A DNA stretch of 33,746 nt, taken from assembly GCA_010093745.1 (NCBI GenBank), contig MU006052.1, positions 1 to 33,746 on the forward strand, in the 5' to 3' direction. The translations under genes were made by a program, and so were the position numbers. The notes under the pieces were generated by a model. That model made no database searches and was not told where the DNA came from. It saw nothing but the letters and a program-made list of their open reading frames with translations. This DNA is from Piedraia hortae CBS 480.64. Its lineage: Eukaryota. This document shows positions 20,772-32,987 of this stretch, in pieces (the first letter of the stretch is position 1; each line of letters opens with the position of its first letter).

Positions 20772-22604
20772 TAGGACGTCTATGTTGGCAATGATTGAAA
20801 TCTTGTTATCACGGTAGCCTTGACTTAGTCGTACATATCTATTTGACTCGTCTTTTTTGTTGAAGATTCGCGTCAATCGCATAGGTTGCATGTCGTGCGA
20901 GGCATAACCTGTACTTGGCGCTTGGAACGTTTGTGTGAAATTGGTGCATATAAGCTTGGCGTTGACGTAGAGTCATGATTGAATGACTTCTCCACACCTC
21001 ATAAGCAAGAAGGGGGTAGAATCCAATCACACCTTCTTGAGCCAGACATTGCAATATGCAGTTCCGTTCACCGCTGCAACACTTCTTCCATTGTTCGAGA
21101 GGTTTCGGTGAATAACTCGTGCGATTCCATGCTACCCGTGGCTAGAAAACTTTGCCATATAAAGAAAATGGCAAAAAACAAGTTTATATCATTTGCAAGG
21201 CCTCTGTTGGCAATTTATGGTCGCTACTCTTCAAGGACAACAGCCGTTGCAAAGGAAATGGACAACCTTCTGTGACGGTGCCAGGTACGACCAAAGTCTA
21301 AATGCAAGGCGGAGGGCCAAGTGCTGGCTGGCATTCGTCGGTCTTGTCAAGTGAGGGATTTGACGTGATGGCTTCTCGGTCTGCTGCGTCCAAAAATCAA
21401 GGTGTTTGTTGGACCGCTGCCCACAATCGAAGACGGTAGAATGTTTTGCCAAGGTCACATTCAGGCCATAGCCTGCCACTTCTTTGTCGATACAGCCCGA
21501 GTATGGTGGGTAGGTCTAGACGACGAAGGATGCACAGCTTTCCAGCCAATAAGCACGTCGACCAAACCTCGACACTACTTCTCAGCCTACATGATCTCCA
21601 CCTCATCCTCGACTATCTTCAAGCCATCCTTCTGTCAATCAAGACCATGACAGGTGAGGGCCACAGCGGCCTCCCACGGGACGAATAACTTAATATGATC
21701 AATGACTTTCCCGCCAATGACTGGGTCGACGGCCCCGTCAAGCTACAGGACCAAAGGCACATCAAGCAAGGCCACAGCTGGTAAGGCCGTAACGAGCTGT
21801 CTTCTTCGGGGCTATCTTACTGCTTCTGTTCCTCGCCCTCGGACTGATTCTGTCTTTCATTGTCTTCGTAGCAATGGCAGTATGGCGTGGGCTGAATTGA
21901 TATCCAGTAACTCGACCCAATCTACACACTGGAGGCCATTTTGAACAGCGACGAGGACCTGGCCATCCAGATCATCAGCCTGTCGCAGTAGCTCCAAGAG
22001 CACAGGCCTTTGGAACTCGAGCTGTTGCAGGACTTTGCAAAGTGCTATGAGGCATCCGTCAAGTTTGCAGGTATGTTGATACGAGAGCTGGACGAACAGC
22101 ACGATATGACCCGTTCATAGGCCATGGAGTTAGACCAGGCATTGTGCTTACCAAACACAAGTTGGATCTCCTAGCAAGTCTGACCAACCTACGCACCCTG
22201 AAGACTCGTGCGTGGAAGACCGATGCGGAGCTGCTGCACGCGTGTGTATCCTGGAAGAGGTGATGTAGAATTAAGATTCAACAGCGGCTCCTCGCCGCTC
22301 GACCGCAGAAGATATAGATACCTTAGAAAATACCTCAGTTTCACACCGCACCTTCGTCGATTCCCTGTAGAATGTCGGAAGGTCGTGATAGAGGTAGACC
22401 AACACTATTGTGCATGAATCCACTTCGAAAATACACTAGTGTCATCCTTCATTATTCATCAAATGCCAAGCAATCCCACAGTAACAAACGCAACAGGCAG
22501 AGCAGCAGGCTAGCGGTTCGAGAGGCGAAGAGGCAAAACACATGTTGCATAGTTTATGATAACCTTTGCTGCGATTTGCAAGCCTGGGCGGCGCTCCAGT
22601 CTTA

Positions 22605-22874
22605 TGATATGAGTCAATGCCAGTATCGATATGACAGTGTGAGTGACTATCTATCTCAATGAGGGTACGTTCAGAATAAAAGTCCTGTACCGGTGGGCCG
22701 GTGACGTCACGTCGTAAACTAGCAAGGCGCATTTGCCATGTCACATCTGACATGACGCTGAGGGAAAACCTCTGTGAGGGAAAAACCTAGGGTGCAGCCG
22801 GTAGTTTAGGGGTATGGCTGACTTGCTGTGTAAGTTTCCCGCATACGCGCTAGCGGCGATGCTGGGCTCCAACA
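22605..22874 (-). mobile_element. Truncated family B LTR (left boundary approximate)
   Basis: Reverse-complement match to the first ~270 bp of 25031-25391, ending ...CGATGCTGGGCTCCAACA at 22874. Homology is lost left of about 22605. Confidence 0.85.
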
Positions 22875-25030
22875 GAATCCATCGGTTCCACCGCTCCAAT
22901 TAGAGGCATATTCGGTCCATTCGTCTGACCAAATGAGCGGAAACGTGGATAAAGCCGGATTGGTTCCGTCACTGGTCTGCTGTAAGGCCTTGTTAGGCGC
23001 GGGTGTCGAACCTCCTTGTTTTATCTCGACTTTTTTCAATCAATGACTCTGTTAGGGCGCTCTTATCCCCTCAGCTTTCCCGTGTCTTTGACAGCCATGG
23101 CAAGGGCATTGGAAGGTCATTCTGATCCTCGAAACGTTGTACCGGGTCTCAAGCTCCTCTCGAGTCGAGCACAGAGCGATTGAGTGGCATGAAAAGGTGC
23201 AACAGACACTGGAAAGGCAGAAGCGATCGCTTCTTCCGGTTCTGCGCCGACCCTTGCGCAAGCTCAATTGGTGGATGCCACGCCGCAGGACAGTGTCGCT
23301 CGATAATTCGTGGCACCGCAGAACCCCAGACCTGGTTGTTGCAGATGGAGAAGCCAACAGCCTGGGGGAAGGTGAAAGAGCCATCGCCCAACGCAGAGAG
23401 CTTCCCAACTCACTGGGAGCAGATATCCACCTCCACTTCGGCGATGATGCTGTCACGGAGGCACAGAAGAGGGTTCAATAATCCTCTACTTGACGAGGAC
23501 GTAACAACTTAAAGGTCGTCTCGAAATGGCCTATGCCATGTACCTTGCATCCGAGGTCAGGCATGGCCTTAGACCACCATGGAATATATATACCGTGTAG
23601 AGGTCCCATATCTGTGCGACAATAGTCGTATTGAGGTCGCGCAGGTGATGGCCTCTCATTCTCCTTGTGCTGGCAGCGAACTAATCATGCTGCGTTATAA
23701 AATTGTGCCCTCTTTGTAGACCCCACGATCAGGTCGCTGTATTGATGATGGGATCGGCTGGAGTAAGCGGTCAAGAAAGTTAATGGATAGGCGACTCGAC
23801 GGCGACATATCTAGTTTTTAGTCGCGCAAGTGTGTCCGCATAGACAGCGATTGTCGCTGCATTGGCTCACAATTATTATCTTGAGCATAGGATCGTTGTG
23901 TTTTGTCGCCGTCTTGGCAGTGTACAAGTAACTTGTGGTCTCGAAAGTGTGAACGCGGGCGTACCACCAAGACGTCGTGATAACATGCACACGTACACGC
24001 CCGCTTAGCCGCCGGGTAGGGTTAGATGCCGCATCCTGAGGAGAGGGCGGTGTACGGCAGTTTGCCCAAGGCTCACCACGGTGGTGGGCACTGCGGGTGG
24101 ATGGTGCAAGACAGAGTGATATGTGCAGAGAAGAAATCAGAAATGATGGACTGTTCGAGCTAAACAAGCGCGTCGGTCGATGTACGTGTTGCTCATCGAA
24201 TTGAATGTTCTCAAACAATTGTCAAGTCTCGCTCACGTGAATTCCGATACCGACACATTTCCGAACTTGCTTGTCCAGGAAAGCGTTGAAACGGCCTATG
24301 CCTGATCCCCTTTTCCTGTGTACTTAACTGAGTCAGCGAGTCAGCTTGAGGTCTCGGCACCAGGGACGTGCAGGCAAAACCGTTATCGGACAAATGCAAA
24401 TATAAGCCCAGTCAAGAAACTCACGTGCGATCAGGGTGTTAACTTTCGTTGACACATACGTCGACTCGCGTGTTAGCACGTGGCTGCAGAAATATTGACC
24501 TAGTCCGCGTCTTTGTCTGCGCGAGTTTCCAAGAATATCCTCCCCTTACAATAACCGACAGTGCGCCAATACCTGCGAAACGCACCTTGCGAGTGCCAGC
24601 TGAGCCTGAATCAGATCCTCGTGCTGTTAGGAAACCCAAGCTAGAGGCATTATGGCATCCGTCTCAGTTTTCTGGTCGCCCGTCGGTTGCGCCTAAAGTG
24701 GGTAGGCTCAAATTACGCAAGTCATTCTAAAGGGTCCGTGCGTCGAGGGCCCGTGCGCACTTCCTCTTGGCGCACAACACATACTTTGTTCTGCACAGAC
24801 ACACAACATTACGAGCGAGAGCCAGGCAGCACGATCCAGCACGTTGACCATTGCCTGCCTTCATTTCACTTGACGAGGTGTTTGGCAACATGTAAAGCCA
24901 GTCGCCAGCCTTGTACGATTGCATCTCGCTCAGTCTACTGGTCGCTCACCGTCTGCGCATACAATGGGGGCAAGTTCAGTTGCTACGAGTCATGATCATG
25001 TGTCCGTGTGTAATTTTTCTTGGCGCATAC

Positions 25031-25391
25031 TGTTGGATTCAAGCATCGCCGCTAGCGCGTATGCAGGGCACTTGCATAGCAAGTCAGCGATACCTCCTAC
25101 ACTACCAGCTGCACCCTAGGGTTTTCCCTCACAGAGGTTTTCCCTCAGGGTCATGTCATATGTGACATGGTGAATACGCCCCGCTAGTGTACGACGTGAC
25201 GTCACCGGCCCACCGGTACAGAATTTTCATTCTGAACGTCCCCTCATTGAAATAGTCACTTGACACTACCATACTGCAACTGGTATTTTTGACTCACATA
25301 CATCTACATCTTTCCTGTCCCTGATTCCGTCTATCGCTCCGTCCTCTTCGGGTCGCTGTGCACTCTCACCCACGAGATCTAAATCTCTACA
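25031..25391 (+). mobile_element. Solo LTR, family B (361 bp), with perfect 5-bp TSD CATAC
   Basis: TGTTGGATTC...CTCTACA flanked by CATAC at 25026-25030 and 25392-25396. Confidence 0.95.
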
Positions 25392-26514
25392 CATACCACG
25401 GACTTACTATTCCACTTACACACAATAGCACTATGAGCAAGAGTGAAATCGTTTCGCTTGCATGCACAGAGGTGGTACAGTTTACCCAGGTCAATTCTCT
25501 CCCGATAGCCGCGAGTCTGCCCGACTGCCCATTATCTTACACTGCGAAACACCGTACCGAGAACACTATGGAATAAGGAGATGGGGGGATATCACTGGTA
25601 TTATGTGATGGTGCTAGAGTGTCTCGGTACATGGACGAGGAGTTTGGATCACCTCACAGCCCCATCCACATGAAACGTTATTCGGCGATGTTCAACAGGC
25701 ACCTCGCGCCAGATCGCTGACTAAGATGCGATAGACCTCGCATCAATGAGTGAGGCATAGAACACGACACAACCGTCGACAAAACGAATAAGAAGATACT
25801 GGGACTCAGTGTCTTCCCACTGACTCGCATACCAAGGGACATGCGGACGAGCATGGAAGACCGTCAGCGTAAGGTGTCTGGAAAAATTGCTTCCGAGCGA
25901 AGCACAAGATCATGCAAAAAGACTGGTTGGAGGTAGCATCGCTTTGGAGGCTAGTGTGCGCTGGCCTACGTGGGAGAAAAGTTGCATCTTCAAGAACGCA
26001 GGAAATGATGTCCGAAAGGTGATGCTGGGTTATTTCTAAACACCGCCATTGCAAGGTGTGTCCCGGGGGTTTTCGAGTAGCCGTGCGCTGCATGGGAAGC
26101 ACGTGAATACGGCATCATTCAGCCATATATATCCAACACAAAACTGGGCAAATGTAGCCGAGCCGGGTTGTCTAGGCCTCATTGAATGCGACCGATACCT
26201 GCAATCAAGGGCCAAGGTACAGACTGTGCCATCAAGAGCAACAGGTTCAATTTGGCACGCGCCGAACTCCCGTGCGGAGCTGTGGCGACCAAGATCAAGA
26301 TCAGCAACAGTGCTGCTGCAACCGCTTCTGTTGAGAATGGCATCCCTCGAGAGTGTCGCGCCGCAGTCCTCCAGAAAGACAATTCAGCCACGGACGCACT
26401 GCCCAGGTCCCTCGCGGCTGGCCGGCCGGCTACACTTTAGTTCAGGGGGTTTCCTGCACGGCCCTCGTCAAGCACGCGCACCACACCCAGTTCAGCAGGT
26501 CTCTGATCGCCATA

Positions 26515-26687
26515 CAGTCAAACCTGGATATAGCGGACACTGGAAACAGCGACTTCCTCTCTATACAAAACCGTGAACACCCCCAAGCTGATCTTCAAGT
26601 ACCTGTAGACACCTGGGTACTGCGAATCCTTGATATAGCGGACACAGCTCTCGTGCTAAATTGATACGCTATATCCTGTTTTGACTG
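26515..26687. mobile_element. pogo/Tigger-type MITE (173 bp)
   Basis: 21-bp TIRs CAGTCAAACCTGGATATAGCG (26515-26535) and CGCTATATCCTGTTTTGACTG (26667-26687), 19/21 match. TA on the left, GA on the right. An internal copy of GATATAGCGGACAC lies at 26632-26645. Confidence 0.8.
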
Positions 26688-26901
26688 GAGGTGCTTGTTG
26701 TGGTTGAGAACGGAAGCACGGCTTCTGCGTAGGACTAACTCTGAGATTTCAGCAGCCTAGAGGGTTATTCAATGGCTGCTGGCATTGAGGCGCTGACGCT
26801 CATATGACACGCGGTGGTCTCAATGTCAAGAGGCGACAGTTGAGCAACAGCGACCTGGATTCGTGAAGCCTAATGTGTGTGCTGTTCGGTGCGTAGCGTT
26901 A

Positions 26902-27358
26902 TGTGCCCAATGGAAAACAGAGGGTGAGAGTGAGAACAGTGTGGAATTGCAGTTCCAATCTCAGTGAATTGGTTCTACGGGACGTCTGACAAACAGATGG
27001 TATGTGTGAATGAGAACGATGGATGGAGAGTAGAGATGTGTGTATAAGTGAATACAAGTGTATCTACGAGGGAACATCAGAGGATATATTCTGGGCTGGA
27101 AGGCCCGTGCGTAGCCTCGTATGAAAAGTCATCAATTGTATGAACGTAAGCAAGTGGTCATACATGCAGTAAGACTGTCAGCATGCAGTCTTACTCCATG
27201 ACTCACCTCAAACAGTAGGAGGGCGCATTCACCATGTCGCATGCGACTTGACCCTGAGGGAAACCTCTGTGAGGACAAAACCTAGAGTGCAGCTGCTGGT
27301 GTAAGAGGTGTCGCGCAGTGGCACCATACACTGATAGCAACGAGACCTCATGCCAACA
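26902..27358 (-). repeat. 3' LTR of the copia element (~457 bp) with adjacent polypurine tract at 27359-27366
   Basis: The - strand reads AGGGGGAG|TGTTGGCATGAGG at 27358. The left end at 26902 (TG) is inferred from the GGGTGAGAGTG block lying 20 nt inside the end, as in family B. Confidence 0.75.
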
Positions 27359-27670
27359 CTCCCCCTGAAGCGAGTTGCTAATAAGCAAGTTGCGGGGTTA
27401 GCAAGACGATCAGTAACATGGTGCATGTCAGGCAAGATGTTGGTGATCATGGTGCAGTAGGCCAATTGTCAAAGCGAACCTCTGTAGGGTTGGCTTGGGA
27501 AGTGCTTTGGTACAGACATCCGCAAGGTTATCATGAGAGGGAACATGGCTAAGTAGCTCCTTCCGTGATGATCCTTGACGAAGTGGTAGTGGTACGCAAT
27601 GTGCTTGATGCGGCTGGCGCTTTTGGTACCTTGAATTAGAGACTTTGTAGCCTCGCTATCGATGAGCAGA

Positions 27671-27978
27671 TGTCGGAGGGGTGAACCTTCGAGGACTAGA
27701 GCGGAGTGGATGTCAACGACAAAAGTTTTTACTCAACTTTTACGGAAAAAAATGTGTAATCGTAGATGTCTATCTCTATGAGGTGAGGTTCAGAATCTCC
27801 CCCACACTACCTCAGTCTAACCGCATTTGCCAGGACAACGTCAGCGAACCATGCCCTTAAGCATGAGCGAGACAATGACCCGTCTCAGGAAAAACTTCCC
27901 CTATAGAAGTAAAAACCTTGAGAAGTTTCGACTTCTATCTATAGTTCTGGTCATGGTGGGTGCCACATCCTTTTGACA
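27671..27978 (-). mobile_element. Solo LTR, family A (308 bp), inserted in the copia RNase H region
   Basis: TGTCGGAGG...TTTTGACA with near-perfect TSD GCAGA/GCAGT. RNase H coding sequence continues on both sides. Homolog of 3639-3944. Confidence 0.92.
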
Positions 27979-28798
27979 GCAGTTGGTACAGTTCCAGGGT
28001 CCAGTTCAAGGAAGCTGGTGCCAGTTCGTGGAGACCTTGTCTGATCCAAAAGTGGCTTGCTGCATCAAAGGCAGCCATGTACTCTGCCTCGCACGTTGAT
28101 TTGGCAACTTCATTTTGTCGGTGGCTATGCCAGGAGACAACAGCATCTCCAACGAGGACGATGTAGCCTCCATATGACCGCGATTCCCAGTCTGATAGCC
28201 AAGAGGAGTCCGAGAAGGCGTGGACGTTTAGAACGGAAGTCTTGATTGGGTAACGGAGACGGTAGCTGATAGTGGCCTTGAGGTACCGTAGTGTTTGGTC
28301 TACTAGTACCATGTGCTTTTGCCCAGGCTTGGAGTTGAAAGCGCTGAGCCGGGAGATTACGTAGGCCAGGTCAGGACGTGTTCCGGTGACCAAATGGTTT
28401 AAAGACCCAATCTTCTGTTGGTACAGTCGTAGATCAGCCAGAGGTTCGCCTTCCTGGAGAGGCTCTGGGCCACTATTAGGGTCCATTGGAGTGTGCCGTT
28501 GGTTGCAGTTGAACATCCCGAATCATTTGAGAAGACGCTCGGCATAGTCCTTTTGTGAGATCTCGATCAAGTTTTTGGTGGTTGAGATCTCAAAGCCAAG
28601 GAGATATCTTGCACGTCCAAGGACCTTGCATTTGAAAAGTTGGCTCATCCTGTTTTGAAGTTTTGGATGGGGTTGGACTCCCCCACAAGTAGCAGATCGT
28701 CCACATAGATGCCGATGAGGATGTGCTGCTTGTCATGTGCAAAAATGCATGGATCGAACCGGGTTTGGGTATATCCCTCTTGGACGAGCTGGGACGGC

Positions 28799-30447
28799 TG
28801 TCATTCTTATCCTTCGTTATCTCCTTATCATTGTTGCGAATCGGGATCGGTTGGCCGATGCTAAACGTACATCTCTGCACGAGCTTTTCACTCAGCTTGG
28901 TGATAGCGTTAAGAGGTCTGTAATCGACGCAGAGGCGGAGCGACCCGTCCTTTTTCGGAACGAACAAGGGATTGCAGCTTGTGGATGGCGAAGCCGGTCT
29001 GATCCAGTTGTTCTTTAGGCCGTCAGCGAGGTACGTTGTCATCGCTCTATCCTCGGGAATGGAGAGCGTGCGTAGGCGGCCGCCGTCGCTCATGTTGCCC
29101 TTCGTTTCGAATGAATAGACAGCGAGTTCCTGGGTGGACGCAAAGAACGGTTCCCCCAGGATAGCTTCCTCGGAGAGGTTAGGGACCAGGTAGAAGGTAA
29201 AGATCTGTTCGTCCACCGTCAGGGGGATCGTGGATAAGTCGGAGGCCACCGTATCGCCTGTGATTCCTTGGATGGACACCGTGGATTTCTCCGACGGCCC
29301 GTCCCACAAGGAGGCACGTAGGCAATTAAGTTCCGCCCCCGAGTCGAGCAGGGCGGACACGGTGCGTCCATTAACTTCGAGCTTCCGTCGACGGAGGAGA
29401 TCGTGGTGCGCGCCTTTTACCCGGACCGCGTTGATGGCCTTGCCATCGGCGGTCGTCTTGGCGTAGCACTTGGCTTCCGTATGACCGACGCGGTTACAAC
29501 GGTGGCAGGTGAGAGTGGCGCGCCTGTTCCCATTGCGATTCCGTTTCCTGTTGTTCTTTTTGGTCGGAGCGTCCTGTCCCGTGACCCCAACGGTGACGCT
29601 GGCCTTTTCGACTGCATCAAACAAGTCGGCAAGGGTCTCCTCAGTTCCCATTGGCCCGAGGTACATGAGGTAAGCTCGGGGGAGCACCTCGTAAGCCTTT
29701 CGCTCCTGGGCATGGTAGGGAAGGTCTAGCTGGCTTCCCAGCGTTTCCAGTTCAGCGTGAAGCTGTCCTGGTGTGGAGTATTTAAGATACTCCCATCTCT
29801 TGGCCGCCTGGGCCCTACGGGTGGCGACGGTTTGCCCAAACCGTTCCGTAATGGCGGTGAGGAGCAGTTCCGCCGACTCCACTGAGCCGGGGCGCCGAAG
29901 TGCCGCTTCAACGAACCACGAGCCGGCCACACCCGTAAGGCGGGCTGCAATCATGGCCCGGAGGGCCGCCGGATCTCCTTCAAGCCCGGGCATAATTGCC
30001 CGGGTGAGGGCAACCTTAAGGAGAAATTCCTCACAGGCCTCCGGGCGTCCTGCATACTCTGGTACCACGTCAGTAAATTTGAAGCCCTTATCCGTGGGCA
30101 GGGTGCCGGCTGGGTTAGCTCGCGTCGTCATTGTGGTATTGTCGGTAACAGGACTCTCGGAAGGTGTGGGCGCTGCCGATCTAGCAGCTGCTCGTCCTCG
30201 AGTGTCTCGGCCTGTCATAAAGTGACCTCTTTCAATGAGGGTGAGTGTATGGAACGCCTAGAGGCAATGAATTCGTTGAGGTCGGCCATTCTGATAGTGA
30301 GATTGGCAACCTCAAGTTGCACGTATTCCCAAGGTGTATGGACAATTTTAAAATCATCACTTGTTGCGATTGACAAAGGGTCTGGATGATCGTCCACCGG
30401 TAGGCTTTTGCAGTTTCTGTTGTGGCTCATTGTCACTGCCTCCAACA
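28799..30447 (-). mobile_element. 1.65-kb insertion in the copia RT containing a 3'-truncated Ty3/gypsy gag-pro-RT(N) fragment (ORF from 30218 to about 28897)
   Basis: Gag (PEYAGRPEACEEFL...LTGVAGSWF), CCHC knuckle CHRCNRVGHTEAKC, aspartic protease ALLDSGAELNC, and RT N-terminus PLFVPKKDGSLRLCVDYRPLNAITK. The insertion is bounded by TG...CA with a degenerate TSD ACGGC/ATGGT. Confidence 0.88.
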
Positions 30448-31135
30448 ATGGTTAGGAGACCATACCACTCTCTTTCAGACTGCTTGAGGCCGTATAAAGC
30501 TTTTGTGGAGCCTAAGAGGGCCGTCAATCTCGACGCCTGGTGGTGGGTGGATGTAGATCACCTCGGATAATGAAGCATTGAGGTATGCTGTATCAAAATC
30601 CATTTGGTGTGGGGTCCAGCCGTGATGAGCAGCCAAGGCAAGGAATAAGCGGAGTGAATCGTGGCGAGCGACAGGGGCGTAGGTCTCCGAGTAGTCAATA
30701 CCCTGGACTTGGGAAAAGCCTTGCGCAACCAATCGGGCCTTATATCGGACAAGGTTACCGCTGCGGTCGTACTTTTTGGCATAAACCCATCGACTGCCGA
30801 CAACGTTTTTGAGGTACATGTTGACGGGTGACCGTAGTCCAACTTCCATTGTCGGTGTGGGATTCCAATTCAAATTGCATGGCAGCATGCCAGTGGTGCC
30901 ACTCGGGAGACCTGCGAGCTTGATTGTAGGACGCAGGAATGTCCGGCGTAGCTGCGGCAAGTGCGATGGCGTCTTGAATTTCATCTGCGTGGGCAAGATG
31001 GCCACTTTCTTCTTGATGCAGACGAACGACTGGTCGGACAGTTCTGCCGTACCGAGTGGTGATGATATTGGGCTTAGAGACGGGACTTGGCTGGTCCTGG
31101 ACATGTGGTTGGCTGATGCGGTTGGAGGAAGATTC

Positions 31136-31270
31136 CGCTTGGTGATTTTCCTGAGGGTTTAGGACAGGATGAACATCCGTGTTGTGTTGTTCGTTGGTGC
31201 GGTCTTGTGCTTGGTGATTGTCTTGAGGGTTTGGGACAGGATCAACATCCATGTTGTGCTGTTCGTTGGG
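31136..31270 (-). repeat. Two-copy 72-bp (24-codon) tandem duplication in the copia integrase-RT linker
   Basis: NEQHNMDVDPVPNPQDNHQAQDRT / NEQHNTDVHPVLNPQENHQAESS. Confidence 0.85.
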
Positions 31271-32256
31271 CAAGTTGGAGCTTGGCGGAAACGCGACGTT
31301 CTGAGACGTGAAGATGGCATCCCGTTGCGGAACATAGACCTTGTAGATTTTGGTGCTGCTGCCAAACCCGAAAAAGATCGCATCCTCAGCACGATCCAGC
31401 AGTTTGGAATTTGGTGACCTTGCTTCTTTGGGGATATGGACATAGCAGGGTTCTCCAAATTTGCGGAGACGTTGGATTGTGGGCTGATTTTTAGTTAGGG
31501 CCTCGTAGGGAGTCTTCCCTGAGAGTGTTGAGTGTGGCTAGATGTTGCGCAGGTATGTAGCAGTATTGATGGCTTCGGCCCAGAGTTTTAAGTGCGCGTC
31601 ATTGTCGATCATGGTTCGAGCATCGTCTACCACAGTGCGGTTGAACCTTTCAGCCACATCGTTGGATTCGTGATGGCGAGGAGCAATAGGGTCCCAAATG
31701 ATGCCCTTCTTTTTGAGTAAAGATCGAGCTGCCATGCACTCGCCTCCGTTGTCAGACCGAAACCGTTTGACTTTGGAGTCGTACTGAGTGTCGGCAAGGA
31801 AGATGAAATCGCGAATAGCTTCAGCCGTCTCGGACTTCTTCTTCAGGAAGGTCACCCATGTATATCGCGTATAGTCATCGATGAACGTGACGAAAAATCG
31901 CGATTTGCCAACTGATGGTGTGGAGAATTTCCTGGAGAGATCAGAGTGAATGATCTCGAAAGGTCTTGAGGAGCTTTTGGCAGAGAGAGGTTTGGGCTTG
32001 CGGTAGGTATATTTGGATTTGACGCAATCTTCGCAAAAGAAATCCTTTAGACGGGGTGGGGCTTGGTTACAGTCCTGATAGATCTTTGCGGGATCAGGGA
32101 CATAACCATGCCCAACTGCTCTGTGGAACTCATGGTAGGAGGTGAAGGCTCCCATGGCCATAGGGATTTCAAGCTGGATCAGGAAACCACCGTTACCAAA
32201 CTTTGCCCAAAGCAGTTCTTTGCCATCCTTGGTCACAGCCAAGTGGTCGTCGCTCC

Positions 32257-32616
32257 TGTTGGATTCAAGCATCGCCGCTAGCGCGTATGCAGGGCACTTG
32301 CATAGCAAGTCAGCGATACCTCCTACACTACCGGCTGCACCCTAGGTTTTTGCCTCACAGAGGTTTTCCCTCAGGGTCATGTCATATGTGACATGGTGAA
32401 TACGCCCCGCTAGTGTACGACGTGACGTCACCGGCCCACCGGAACAGAATTTTCATTCTGAACGTCCCCTTATTGAAAATAGTCATTCACACTACCATGC
32501 TGCAACTGGTATTTTGACTTACACACATCTACATCTTTCCTGTCCCTGATTCCGTCTATCGCTCCGCCCTCTTCGGGTCGCTGTGCACTCTCACCCACGA
32601 GAGCTAAATATCTACA
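32257..32616 (+). mobile_element. Family B LTR (360 bp) without matching TSD, truncating the copia element
   Basis: Near-identical to 25031-25391. Flanks GCTCC and GTATC differ. Copia sequence does not visibly resume to the right. Confidence 0.93.
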
Positions 32617-32987
32617 GTATCGCGATGCTGCTGGGATACGGAGAAGAGCGACGAAACACCTTGGTGACAAAGGAGTGGAATGTAAGTTGCTACTCTACTC
32701 CCCGCATCGGCCGGAGGACTATGTACGGTGGCTCGACACCACCCGAGCAGGGAGGTGCCAAGATGGTGTAAGTGGCTGAGCCTCAGCTCGCGGCATATTG
32801 AACCAAGTAAGAATATTAACAAGGTGGTATAGAGACTCTGCTTATGGTTTGCGTCCCCTGGCTGTTGGCATTGCTTAAATCTAGGGCTTCACTCTTGAAG
32901 GTCATGTAAGTTTTCGGACCTTATAAAGAGGACAATGTAGCCTCAACCACCGCACTATGGGTAAGTAAGCTCAACAAAGTCATCGAT

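Larger units (their letters stand above)
26902..32256 (-). mobile_element. Decayed, 5'-truncated Ty1/copia LTR retrotransposon carrying two nested insertions
   Basis: Copia domain order on the - strand: GAG-pre-integrase/HHCC (HRAVGH...CEDC), integrase (IHSDL, FIDDYTRY, RSDNGGE; 31538-32256), SH3-like region, RT (YKARLVAQGFSQ, HQMDFDTAYLN, YGLKQSEREWY; resumes with FDPCIF...IYVDDLL at about 28690-28790), RNase H (FSDSSW, STCEAEY, KHIAYHYHFVKD, NLADVCTKAL), PPT and 3' LTR. Many stops and frameshifts. Confidence 0.95.

Noticed and set aside
23052..26500. Many 60-175 aa ORFs on both strands at 23-25 kb and 25.4-26.5 kb
   Set aside because: No recognisable domains or consistent strand; probably decayed sequence that cannot be called from sequence alone.
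25031..32616. Apparent intact LTR retrotransposon bounded by two near-identical direct family B LTRs
   Set aside because: The left LTR has its own TSD (CATAC on both sides), the outer flanks do not match (CATAC/GTATC), and the internal pol is on the opposite strand with its own PPT and LTR.
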